Assembly (NCBI GenBank): GCA_963728915.1 | Contig: CAVSLV010000001.1 | Span: 416,001 to 480,000 of the forward strand | Direction: 5' to 3' | DNA: 64,000 nucleotides | Origin: an uncultured Gemmatimonadales bacterium | GTDB lineage: Bacteria > Gemmatimonadota > Gemmatimonadetes > Gemmatimonadales > GWC2-71-9 | Shown here: positions 11,080 through 20,191 of the stretch, one piece after another | Numbering within the stretch: position 1 is the stretch's first letter | How the letters are laid out: each line of letters begins with the position of its first letter | Made by a program: the position numbers and the translations under genes | The notes under the pieces: generated by a model | What the model was told of the DNA's origin: nothing | Database searches by the model: none | The model's input: the letters and a program-made list of their open reading frames with translations, nothing else

Positions 11080-11993
11080 TGAGTCGGGGGCGGGCGCTGG
11101 GGTACCGGCTGCTGGGGCGCGGTTTCGATTACCTGCTCCACCTCCGACCCGCCGAGTGGCCGATTCTGGCCCTGCACGTCCTGACCGGCAGCATCCTCGC
11201 GATCGGCCTGGGCGGACTCCAGGATGGCGAGCACCTGGGCTCGATCCTCGCCGGCGTGCTGATCTTCGTCATCGGGCTCAACGGCGGCACCCTCGCCCTC
11301 AATTCCGCGTTCGACCGCGATCGGGGAGACATCGCCTACCTGGCCCGTCCTCCCGCGCCCCCGCGCGGACTCGCCGGGTTCGGTCTCGCGCTGATGCTGG
11401 CGGGGCAGCTCGTCGCCCTCGCCCTTCCTGCCGGATTCGCGCTGGCCTACGCCGCCTGCCTGGTGCTGTCGGTGCTGTATTCGGTTCCGCCCATCCGTCT
11501 CAAGGGGAAGGCCGGGCTCGACTGGCTGGTGAATCTTCTCGGGTTCGGCTGGCTCACGCCCTACGCGGGCTGGGCGCTGAGCGGGCGACCGCTCACCGAG
11601 GCGGGGGCGATCGTGCTGGGATCGTTCGCGGCCCTCTTCGGCGCCCTCTACCCGCTGACCCAGCTCTATCAGCTCGAAGAGGACCGGGCCCGCGGGGACC
11701 GGACCCTGGCTGTGTCCATCGGCATAACCCGCGTGTTCGGGCTGGCGGTCCCCATGGCCGGGATCGCGCTCCAGGGGCTGGGCATCGCGGCCGGCGTCTC
11801 GGCCTGGCCGGTTCCGGCGGGATCCCGCTGGGTCGCGCTGCTCGCGGCCGGGCTGGCCTGGACCGCGGTCCTCTTGCCGTGGTGGCAACGCCGGAACCGC
11901 CTTACCCGGCGGGGTCACCAGCGCTGGATGCATCGGGCCTTCCTGGCGTGGGCGGTGACCGACCTCGCGGTGCTGTGGGCGTTTGCCCGCTGA
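11076..11993 (+). CDS. UbiA family prenyltransferase
   Basis: NSAFDRDRGD Asp-rich motif, YSVPPIRLK, EEDRARGDRT; multiple TM helices. Confidence 0.85.
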   Translation: MMSRGRALGYRLLGRGFDYLLHLRPAEWPILALHVLTGSILAIGLGGLQDGEHLGSILAGVLIFVIGLNGGTLALNSAFDRDRGDIAYLARPPAPPRGLAGFGLALMLAGQLVALALPAGFALAYAACLVLSVLYSVPPIRLKGKAGLDWLVNLLGFGWLTPYAGWALSGRPLTEAGAIVLGSFAALFGALYPLTQLYQLEEDRARGDRTLAVSIGITRVFGLAVPMAGIALQGLGIAAGVSAWPVPAGSRWVALLAAGLAWTAVLLPWWQRRNRLTRRGHQRWMHRAFLAWAVTDLAVLWAFAR

Positions 11994-12062
11994 AACGGTT
12001 GGCTCGGCCGTCCGGCGCGGCTAATTTCCCGGCGCTGGTTTTTCCCCGCAACCTGGAGCCCC

Positions 12063-12692
12063 ATGACATCCACGCTCGCGATGGATGCCCGGCACGATCG
12101 CACTGACCTGGCGAATGTCCTCAGGTCGGGCATTGCGCTCGGCTTGCTGCAATCCGCCCTGGTGGGACTGTTCGGATTCCTCCAGGTTCGTCTCGCCGGT
12201 ACCGCCGAGCTCCTCGTCTGCGGACTGATTCTGGTGGTGGGCATCGCGCTCACGATTTCCCTTCCCGGACGCTGGACCCGGGCCCGAACCATCGAGGGGA
12301 TCGCGGGCGCGGGGGGAATCGGCTACGCCGCGGCGATCGTCTTTCTCATCGTGGATGTCACGCTGTTTCAGCCGGTTGGTCTCTACAGCAATCGGTGGCG
12401 GGAAATCGGCGGCGGCAGCAACTGGTGGTACCACCCGGTGTGGTGGATGCTGGGAACCTATCTCCCGCTCATGGGAGCCTGGGTCCTGGCGAATCAGACC
12501 GAGCGAAACGGACAGCCCAGTCCGTTCTTCCTCGTGACGGGCGCCTTCGGGTTTGCCGCGCTTCTCCTCGGAATCGCCACGCTGATCGGGTTCCCCGGCG
12601 CGCACTGGGGCCTGGGCGCCTACGCGGTCTCGATCATTCCTGCGCTCATGGTCATGGTCGGCATTACCTCCTTCATGGCGCGACGAAGGTAG
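12063..12692 (+). CDS. Hypothetical membrane protein
   Basis: GGAG RBS, about six hydrophobic segments. Confidence 0.7.
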   Translation: MTSTLAMDARHDRTDLANVLRSGIALGLLQSALVGLFGFLQVRLAGTAELLVCGLILVVGIALTISLPGRWTRARTIEGIAGAGGIGYAAAIVFLIVDVTLFQPVGLYSNRWREIGGGSNWWYHPVWWMLGTYLPLMGAWVLANQTERNGQPSPFFLVTGAFGFAALLLGIATLIGFPGAHWGLGAYAVSIIPALMVMVGITSFMARRR

Positions 12693-12694
12693 GG

Positions 12695-12985
12695 ATGGCG
12701 GTGCGGCTCCTGGTCCGCCTGCTCGGCTGGCTGCTCACCCCGGTCATCTCGCTGCTCGGCGCATTCCTCGGAGCCTGGCTCGGCGCCAGCATCGGAGAGA
12801 CCCTGTCCAGCTCGACCGCGGCCGCCTGGACCATGTTCGGCGTGGGCGCGGCGTTCGGGATCCTTGCGGCCTGGGCCTGGCTCAGGCTCCTGCGTCACTC
12901 TCCACGACTCCAGCGCACGCTGGCGGTCGCCCCCGATGGAACGCCCCTTGCGGCGGCCGAGGACGAGCCAGCGGACCAGTCCTGA
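12695..12985 (+). CDS. Small hypothetical membrane protein
   Basis: ATG at 12695 immediately after the previous stop; two TM helices. Confidence 0.65.
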   Translation: MAVRLLVRLLGWLLTPVISLLGAFLGAWLGASIGETLSSSTAAAWTMFGVGAAFGILAAWAWLRLLRHSPRLQRTLAVAPDGTPLAAAEDEPADQS

Positions 12986-13389
12986 TGCCACGCAGGTGCC
13001 ACATCACAGTGAGTCTCACCCTGCTGCTCCCCGCGTGTATCGCGAGGGGCGAGCAGGAACCCGGCCGGGTTCCCGAGGCCTACGCCGGCTCCGGGCCCCT
13101 GTCGGACTCGCTCGTACTCACCGCGCCCCAGGGCGCGACGGTCTGGTTCACCGAGGGAAGGCCCGCGGTCGCCGCCTCCGGCGAGAATTGCATCGAGCGG
13201 AGCCTCGAGATTCGCCGCGAGGGCGCCCGGCTCCGGGTTCCGCTGCTCTACACCGTTTCCGTTCCCGTGTTGATCGACGATACCACCATGAAAGCCGAGC
13301 TGGCCGAGCATTGTAAGTCGGCCCGGGCATACCGGGTGAATCTGAAGACGGCGCGGCCAACTCCGATGGATGCTGGAGGAACACCATGA
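12985..13389 (+). CDS. Hypothetical lipoprotein
   Basis: Lipobox-like LLPAC; start and stop overlap the neighbouring genes. Confidence 0.6.
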   Translation: MPRRCHITVSLTLLLPACIARGEQEPGRVPEAYAGSGPLSDSLVLTAPQGATVWFTEGRPAVAASGENCIERSLEIRREGARLRVPLLYTVSVPVLIDDTTMKAELAEHCKSARAYRVNLKTARPTPMDAGGTP

Positions 13390-14396
13390 AGATGAGAATC
13401 CTGCTGGCCACCCTGATCCCGCTCGCTCCTCTCCACGCCCAGTCCCTCTCGGTCGGCGCTTCCCGCTGGCTCACCTCCCCGGGGATCTCCGAGTACCGTC
13501 TCGGCATGGACGGGTACGCGAGTGGTCCGTTCGTGTTCCGTCCCGGGGTACAGCTTACCCGACGGGGTGGGGAGAGTGCGGCGGCATGGGGCGGGGTCGG
13601 TTCCGACGTGCTGCTCCGGCTCAACCGGGATGCCCGCCCCTATTTGATCGGCGGGGCCGGGCTCGGCCTGGCGCGGCCCGATTCGCTCGGCGGGTTAGGC
13701 CCGGCCTTCGGGCTCTGGACCGGCGTGGGCGCCGAGCTGGCCACCCTGGGTCCGGTCGGCTTTCAGGCGGAGGCGCTGTACTCCTGGCGGGGCCGGATGG
13801 CGGCTCGCAGTATCTCGATCGGGATCCGGGCGGGAATGAAGATCGGCGGTCCCCGCACCCGGGAAGCGCCCCGCGGCGCGGAGGGCAGCGACGGGGTCGC
13901 GCTCCCCCGCGCCAATCCCGCCGATGAGGACGTGATCCGCCGCGCGGGACGCTCGCCCGGGGAACCCGGGGCGCCCGCCTCCGGAACCGCCGCCGCCCCG
14001 GTCGCGGCGAGCGTGGTCGCGACCGCCCTCGCCGCCATGGGCACCCCCTATCGCTGGGGCGGCTCCGATGAGAACGGGTTCGATTGTTCGGGATTGATCC
14101 AGTACGCCTTCGCCCAGCACGGCGTCGAGCTTCCCCGCCGCAGCGTGGAGCAGGCCCGCGCGGGTTATGAAGTGGGGCGGGACCTCGCGGCGCTGGCGCC
14201 CGGCGATATCCTGACCTTCGGCGAGAATCCCGGTCGTTCCGACCCGGTCACCCACGTGGGGCTCTACCTGGGCGACGGCCGCTTCATCCATTCCGCCAAT
14301 GGCGGGGTCCAGGTCAGTGTGCTGAGCCAGTCGGACACCACCTCCAACTGGTGGTTCGATCGCTGGATCGGCGCGCGGCGCGTTTCGGGGTACTAG
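13386..14396 (+). CDS. NlpC/P60 (C40) peptidase with N-terminal outer-membrane beta-barrel-like domain
   Basis: Signal peptide; alternating beta-strand pattern (RPYLIGGAGLG); GTPYRWGG, GFDCSG, HVGLY, FIHS. Confidence 0.88.
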   Translation: MKMRILLATLIPLAPLHAQSLSVGASRWLTSPGISEYRLGMDGYASGPFVFRPGVQLTRRGGESAAAWGGVGSDVLLRLNRDARPYLIGGAGLGLARPDSLGGLGPAFGLWTGVGAELATLGPVGFQAEALYSWRGRMAARSISIGIRAGMKIGGPRTREAPRGAEGSDGVALPRANPADEDVIRRAGRSPGEPGAPASGTAAAPVAASVVATALAAMGTPYRWGGSDENGFDCSGLIQYAFAQHGVELPRRSVEQARAGYEVGRDLAALAPGDILTFGENPGRSDPVTHVGLYLGDGRFIHSANGGVQVSVLSQSDTTSNWWFDRWIGARRVSGY

Positions 14397-15436
14397 GGCT
14401 CGTGGTGGTGGGACATCGCCTCCCCACCGAGCTCCGCCAGGAACGCCAGGTCGTCCTGGGTGCCGGGATCACTGAGGTCGAGCTTCGGCCAGCGGGCGTA
14501 GTCATCCGGGACGAACAATCCCACCATGTGCGCCATGGCGCCCTTCCGGATCATCGCGCCGGTGGGATTGTCATAGACCCCGACCACCCGGTAGGGATGG
14601 TTCTCCTTCAGGCGTAACCCGCCTCCGCTCACCCCGAACAGCTTCCGTTCCACTCCGGTGACCTTCCCGTCGGGAGTATGCTGGGAACGGACCTGGGTCA
14701 GCACCTTGCCGGTCTCGACGTCCTCCAGCCGCACCTCGACCCCATAGTCATGCAGGTGTCCCCCGACGCCGAGGAGCCGGCCCCCCACCGGGAGCTTGAA
14801 CTGGTAGGTTTTCTCCGAGCGACCCGGAGGGACGTCGAACTCGTTGCCCATCCCGACCGTCAGGTTCACATCCATATAGATCGGCAGCGCATCGAGCGGG
14901 CGGGGCGTCATGTTCGGCGGGCTGTAGCTGAAGCTGAGCCGGACCTGCACCCCTTCCAGATCCTTCCCGGTCTCGTTGGCCCACGCCATGTAGAAGCCGA
15001 GCTTCGATCCGGGCTCCAGGGGGACTCCGATGCTCCGTGGCACGTAGGCGTCCTGGGTTTCCTGGCCGATCCCGAAGAGCCGCTCGACCGCGGGATAGAG
15101 AAGCTGCCGCCGCCCGTAGTTCACCCCGATCATGTGATGGATGAGACGACGGTTGATGGGCTTCCCGCTGGCATCGAGAATCTCCACCCCGAAGCCTCGC
15201 AGCCACCCCTGCACCGGCCACTCGAAGTGCTGGACCGGCGTGTTGTGGTCGTTCATCATGTCCATGTCGGCGTGCTTCATCCCGGGCGGCATCGCGTGCA
15301 CCGTGAAGGGACCAGCGGTCACCAGGACCCGGTGATTCGAGGCATCCAGCACGACCTTCGCCGTGGGCTCCGAATCCACCGGCGCCGGTGAGGGAACCGG
15401 ATGCGCCAGCATGGCGGACAGTATGAGAGACAGCAT
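14393..15436 (-). CDS. Secreted His/Met-rich protein resembling copper type II monooxygenases
   Basis: Signal peptide; IHHM, GGHLHDYG and GAMAHM motifs; Met/His-rich loop and HHH tail. Confidence 0.6.
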   Translation of the reverse strand: MLSLILSAMLAHPVPSPAPVDSEPTAKVVLDASNHRVLVTAGPFTVHAMPPGMKHADMDMMNDHNTPVQHFEWPVQGWLRGFGVEILDASGKPINRRLIHHMIGVNYGRRQLLYPAVERLFGIGQETQDAYVPRSIGVPLEPGSKLGFYMAWANETGKDLEGVQVRLSFSYSPPNMTPRPLDALPIYMDVNLTVGMGNEFDVPPGRSEKTYQFKLPVGGRLLGVGGHLHDYGVEVRLEDVETGKVLTQVRSQHTPDGKVTGVERKLFGVSGGGLRLKENHPYRVVGVYDNPTGAMIRKGAMAHMVGLFVPDDYARWPKLDLSDPGTQDDLAFLAELGGEAMSHHHEP

Positions 15437-15488
15437 GATCGCTCCAAGCCTCGGTACGCGAGCAAAATAAGCCGGCTCGGCGAATTCG

Positions 15489-15836
15489 TCAGCCCAGGAT
15501 GTCGAGCAGCTCGGGGAGATTGAGAGGTTTGTACATCACCCGCCAGGCGCCGTGGCTCTCGGCATCGAGCAACCGGGTATTCTCGGCCTGCGCGGTCATC
15601 AGGATCACCCGGGGGGGAGAGGCCATTTCCATCATGGTGCGACAGGCCTCAACCCCGTCGATCCCCGGCATCCGGATGTCCATGAGAACGATGGGCCAGC
15701 GTTCCGACTCCTGCGAGGTCAGGGCCTCCTCGCCGGAAAAGGCGCCTTCCGCCTCCCAGCCACGATGCCGCAGGATATCGCAGAGGGTCTCCACCATGGC
15801 GCGGTCGTCATCGACTACCAGGACCCGTTTGCTCAC
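15489..15836 (-). CDS. Single-domain response regulator
   Basis: VLVVDDD, MDIRMP, MTA, KP. Confidence 0.93.
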   Translation of the reverse strand: MSKRVLVVDDDRAMVETLCDILRHRGWEAEGAFSGEEALTSQESERWPIVLMDIRMPGIDGVEACRTMMEMASPPRVILMTAQAENTRLLDAESHGAWRVMYKPLNLPELLDILG

Positions 15837-17656
15837 TCCGCGGCGGTTCGGAGCGTGAAGATGAACGTGGCGCCCCGCTCCGGATTGTTGAGCACGGTCA
15901 GGTCGCCGCCGTTGCCCTGAGCCAGGGTGCGGGAGACCGAAAGGCCGAGCCCGATGCCCCGGGTTTTAGTGGTGAAGAGTGGCTCGAAGATCCGCTCCAG
16001 GTTCTCGGGTGGGATGCCCGGGCCGGTATCGGAGACCTCGAGGCAGACATGCCCGTTGCCGTCGGACCTTCCCCGAACCGTCAGCACTCCTCCCGAATCG
16101 CCCATCGCCTGGATCGCGTTGGTCACCAGATTGTACACCACCTGGCCCGCGTGCACCGGATCGACCACCACCGGCGGAAGCGTCGGGGGAAAGTCGTGCT
16201 CGATCCGCACCCCGTCGAGAGGGAAATCCTTGAGCTGGGGGAGCACGATTTCGTCGAGCGGGACCGTCTTGAGGTTCGCCGGCGGTCTCTTGGTGAAGTC
16301 CAGCAGATCGTTGATGATCTTGGTCGCGAGACCCACCTGGCGATGAATGATCTCATGGTATTCCCGGACCCGGGGCGCCGCGTCGGACTGTACCGTGTCC
16401 AGATAGAACACGGCGTTGTTGATGACGCCGAGCGGATTCCTGAGCTCGTGCGCCACTCCGCTGGCCAGCTGGCCCAGGGTGGCCAGCTTCTCCCGCCGAA
16501 CCAGGGATTCCTGGGCATCCTGGAGCTGCCGGGTGCGCGCCGTGACGGTCTCCTCCAGCCGGTTCCGGGTTTGTTCCACGTCGGCTGCCATCCCGTCGAA
16601 CGCCAGGCCCAGAGCACCGAGCTCGTCATCCCGCCCGATGTTGGCGCGGGCCGAGAGATTGCCGCGGGTCATCGATTCGGCGGCGCTGGTCAAGGTCGCC
16701 AGCGGCTCGGTGATTCTGCCGCTCAGATACCAGGCGACCGCAAGGCCGAAGGTCATGCTGAGCAGAGCGATCAGCACCAGCCAGTTGAGGAACAGGTGGG
16801 CCGGGGTGAGGATGGCCCCGATCGGAAACTCGATGGTGAACTGCCAGGGCGCGCCCGGAACGGAGCCTCCGGCCGCCATCACGTCGCCATCCTGCCGATG
16901 GTACCGAACCGCCGCCGAGCCAGGAACAATGCTCATCGGCGGCGGGCCCGCGGGTCGACCCAGATCGGTCCAGAGACTGCCATCCCGGTTGCCGAAGTAG
17001 AACGCAGCCTGAGACCCCAGAATCCGGGAAATGGCGGCGCGAGTCTGAGGGGCGGTGCTCACCCGGCGCCAATTGACCAGGTATCCCGGCACGGCGCCGG
17101 CGATCCGGGCCACGACCGGGTAGATGATCGAGTCGCCATCCTCGCGGAGCCGCCCGCTGGTCATCGAATCCAGGCCGGCGAGCTCGGGGAAGACGGCGAC
17201 CAGCGAGGCCGAGTCGCCCTCTCCGAGAGAAGGGAGCCGCGGGGTGGAAGGGCCGGACGGCGCGGTGGACAACAGGACCCGGCCCCGTGCATCCCGAAGC
17301 TCCATGGCCCGGCTCAGCTCGACCTGAGGGCCGTCGTATTGCATCGCCTCGAGGGCCGCGGCGGCTTGCTCCGGTGCTGGACTTCGCAGGTAGGCCGCGA
17401 TGGCCGGATCACGGGCCTGCTCCAGGAGGCGGTGCTGGCTCTGGGCCACCGAGGTCCGGAAGGTCTGGACGAACTGACCCCGGAGGTCGATCAGGCGCTC
17501 GCCGGCGCGGTCCAGCAGGATCCGCCGCATGGCGAAGAACGAAGCGGTGGAGAGGGCGAGGCCGACGACGAGAATCAGGCCGGCGATAGTCAGGGGCAGC
17601 TTGACGCGGAGCGAAAGCCGCGAGAAGGGACTCAAGGGGAGCCAGCCGGGGGACAT
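15833..17656 (-). CDS. Sensor histidine kinase (2 TM, HAMP, HisKA, HATPase)
   Basis: AHELRNPL, NLVTNA, DTGPGI, FEPLFTTK, GIGLGL. Confidence 0.95.
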   Translation of the reverse strand: MSPGWLPLSPFSRLSLRVKLPLTIAGLILVVGLALSTASFFAMRRILLDRAGERLIDLRGQFVQTFRTSVAQSQHRLLEQARDPAIAAYLRSPAPEQAAAALEAMQYDGPQVELSRAMELRDARGRVLLSTAPSGPSTPRLPSLGEGDSASLVAVFPELAGLDSMTSGRLREDGDSIIYPVVARIAGAVPGYLVNWRRVSTAPQTRAAISRILGSQAAFYFGNRDGSLWTDLGRPAGPPPMSIVPGSAAVRYHRQDGDVMAAGGSVPGAPWQFTIEFPIGAILTPAHLFLNWLVLIALLSMTFGLAVAWYLSGRITEPLATLTSAAESMTRGNLSARANIGRDDELGALGLAFDGMAADVEQTRNRLEETVTARTRQLQDAQESLVRREKLATLGQLASGVAHELRNPLGVINNAVFYLDTVQSDAAPRVREYHEIIHRQVGLATKIINDLLDFTKRPPANLKTVPLDEIVLPQLKDFPLDGVRIEHDFPPTLPPVVVDPVHAGQVVYNLVTNAIQAMGDSGGVLTVRGRSDGNGHVCLEVSDTGPGIPPENLERIFEPLFTTKTRGIGLGLSVSRTLAQGNGGDLTVLNNPERGATFIFTLRTAAE

Positions 17657-17769
17657 AGGGCGGAAGCTATGGGACCTTGGGGAAAAGCTCCAGCCTGAAA
17701 CCTCGTTCCCGGCAGGGCCGTACCCTCCTCATCGGTCGGCCCGATCCTGATCCCAGCTCCGAGGCCCGA

Positions 17770-20160
17770 ATGGATAATCTCCTCCAGGACATCCGGTTCG
17801 CCTGGCGCTCCCTGCGCCGGAGTCCCGGCTTCGTTGCTCTCGCCTCGCTTTCCCTCGCTCTGGGCATCGCCGTCAACGTCACGATCTTCGCCGGGGTGGA
17901 TCTCATCCTGGTGCGGCCGGTGGATTATCCCAATCTGGACCGCATGATCCAGGTCTGGTCCGATAACAAGGAGCGGGGCTGGCAGCAGACCAGTATCTCG
18001 GTCCCCGATTTCGTGGACTGGCGCCGGCAGGCCGGCACCGCCAGGCTGGGCGCCTATACCGGAGGAGACTTCAACCTCGCCGATGGCGGGCGGCCCGAGC
18101 GGGTCGATGGGATGCGGGTGAGCGCGAACTTCTTCTCGCTCTTTGGCGTCGTTCCGGCCCAGGGGCGATTCTTTCGCGAGGAAGAAGAAGCGCCGGGCAA
18201 CGGCAAGGTCGTCGTCCTCACCGACCGATTCTGGCGCGATCACTTCGAGGCCGATTCCCAGGCGGTGGGCAAAACCGTCCGCCTCGATGGAGAGGCCTAC
18301 ACGGTCGTCGGAGTGCTGCCCCAATCCTTCCGGTTCGACGACCCGGTGCTTTACGCGCCACTGGAGATCGATCCCTCCGCCGCCCGAGGCTCCCGGTATC
18401 TCCGGGTCATCGGCCTGCTCGGACCCGGGACCACCCTCGATCAGTTCAACAGCGAGATCGACGGGGTGGCTCATCGCCTCGCCGATCTCTACCCCACCAG
18501 CAACCTCGGCATGGGCGCCCACGCGGTAACCCTGCTCGATGAGATCGTGGACGCCACCTCCCGGCAGGCCGGCACCATCTGCATGGTCGCGGTCTTTTTC
18601 GTGCTGCTGATCGCCTGCGCCAACGTCGCCAACCTGCTGCTGGCGCGATCCGCCGCCCGGACCAGGGAGATCGCGGTGCGATCGGCCCTGGGCGCGCTCC
18701 GAATCCGTCTGCTGCGGCAGCTCCTCACCGAATCCCTCATGCTTGCCCTGATCGGGGGGATCCTCGGGGTGGGCCTGTCGGTTTTTGGCATCCGCTGGCT
18801 GGGCAGCATCATCCCGGCCGGAGTGCCCGGGGTGGACCGGCTTGGGCTCGAGCCTCGCGGCATTCTCTATGCGTTCTTCGTCATCGTCGCGGCCGGCATT
18901 CTCGCCGGGATCGCCCCGGCGATTCAGGTGACCCGGGGCAGCCTCACCGAGCCGTTGAAGGATGGGGGCCGGGGAAGCTCGATGGGAATCAGGCACGGCA
19001 AGCTGCGCGCGTCGCTCGTAGTGGTGGAGATGTCGCTCGCGCTGGTCCTGCTCATCTCCGCGGGCCTCCTCATCAAGGCGTCTCTCCGGATGCAGGCCGT
19101 CGACCTCGGGTTCGATCCCCGGAATGCTCTGACGTTCGCCGTCTCCCTGAGCCCCAGGGAGTATCCTGATACCACCCAGGCCATGGCGCTCCAGGAAGAG
19201 CTGCTGACCCGGCTCAAGAACGTGCCCGGCGTGACCGGGGCCGCCGCGGTGACCCAGCTTCCCATGGCCGGCGGGAATGGGACCTACTACACCGTCGAAG
19301 GCGAGCCGGCTCCCGACGAAGGACGCAAGCCGGTGCTCCAGTACCGGAACATCTCGCCCGGCTACTTCGGGGTGATGGGGATGTCGCTCGTCAAAGGCCG
19401 GGATTTCAGCGCCAACGATCGCCGGGGGACCACGAAGTACATCGTGATCAACGAGACCCTCGCCAAGCGGCACTGGGCCTCGGGCGATCCGCTCGGCAAG
19501 CGGGTCATCGTTTCCTCGGGCACCTACGAGATCATGGGAGTGGTGAAGGACGTGCGGGAGTTCGGGCCCGACGATCCTCCCCCCGCGATCGCCTATTTCT
19601 CGGCGGCCCAGGTCTATGCCCCGACCTTGCGGTACGTCATGCGGGTCCGGAACGATCCCGCCGCCCTGAGCTCGCGCGCCCGGGAGGAAGTGGCGGCGGT
19701 CGCGCATGACCTGCCGCCCTACGCCATCCAGACGCTCCAGGGCGTGGTGGACCAGGAGCGCCAGGGCGATCGCATCATGCCCAAACTGCTCGGGGTCTTC
19801 GGCGCGATCGCGCTGCTCCTGGCGGTGATCGGGGTGTACGCGGTGATGGCCTACTCGGTCTCCCAGCGCACTCAGGAATTGGGGATCCGCCGGGCCCTCG
19901 GCGCGGGGCAGGGGGACATCATCGGGCTGGTGCTGCGCCAGTGCGCGGCGCTGGCCGGCATCGGGGCCGCCATCGGGCTGGCGCTGTCCGCGGGCGCCAC
20001 CTCCGCCCTCTCCGCGTTTCTGTTCGGGGTGAGCGCGTTCGATCCGGTCGTGTTCAGCGTCGTCACCCTTTCCCTGGTGGGCGCCATGGTGCTGGCCAGC
20101 CTGTGGCCCGCTCGCCGGGCGACCCGGGTGGATCCCCTGGTGGCGCTCCGGAACGATTGA
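17770..20160 (+). CDS. ABC permease, ADOP/MacB-FtsX duplicated type
   Basis: MDNLLQDIRFAWRSL, LLIACANVANLLLAR, RTREIAVR, SQRTQELGIR, VDPLVALRND. Confidence 0.92.
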   Translation: MDNLLQDIRFAWRSLRRSPGFVALASLSLALGIAVNVTIFAGVDLILVRPVDYPNLDRMIQVWSDNKERGWQQTSISVPDFVDWRRQAGTARLGAYTGGDFNLADGGRPERVDGMRVSANFFSLFGVVPAQGRFFREEEEAPGNGKVVVLTDRFWRDHFEADSQAVGKTVRLDGEAYTVVGVLPQSFRFDDPVLYAPLEIDPSAARGSRYLRVIGLLGPGTTLDQFNSEIDGVAHRLADLYPTSNLGMGAHAVTLLDEIVDATSRQAGTICMVAVFFVLLIACANVANLLLARSAARTREIAVRSALGALRIRLLRQLLTESLMLALIGGILGVGLSVFGIRWLGSIIPAGVPGVDRLGLEPRGILYAFFVIVAAGILAGIAPAIQVTRGSLTEPLKDGGRGSSMGIRHGKLRASLVVVEMSLALVLLISAGLLIKASLRMQAVDLGFDPRNALTFAVSLSPREYPDTTQAMALQEELLTRLKNVPGVTGAAAVTQLPMAGGNGTYYTVEGEPAPDEGRKPVLQYRNISPGYFGVMGMSLVKGRDFSANDRRGTTKYIVINETLAKRHWASGDPLGKRVIVSSGTYEIMGVVKDVREFGPDDPPPAIAYFSAAQVYAPTLRYVMRVRNDPAALSSRAREEVAAVAHDLPPYAIQTLQGVVDQERQGDRIMPKLLGVFGAIALLLAVIGVYAVMAYSVSQRTQELGIRRALGAGQGDIIGLVLRQCAALAGIGAAIGLALSAGATSALSAFLFGVSAFDPVVFSVVTLSLVGAMVLASLWPARRATRVDPLVALRND

Positions 20161-20191
20161 CCAAACGCCGAATCGGCGGGTACGTTTGCGC

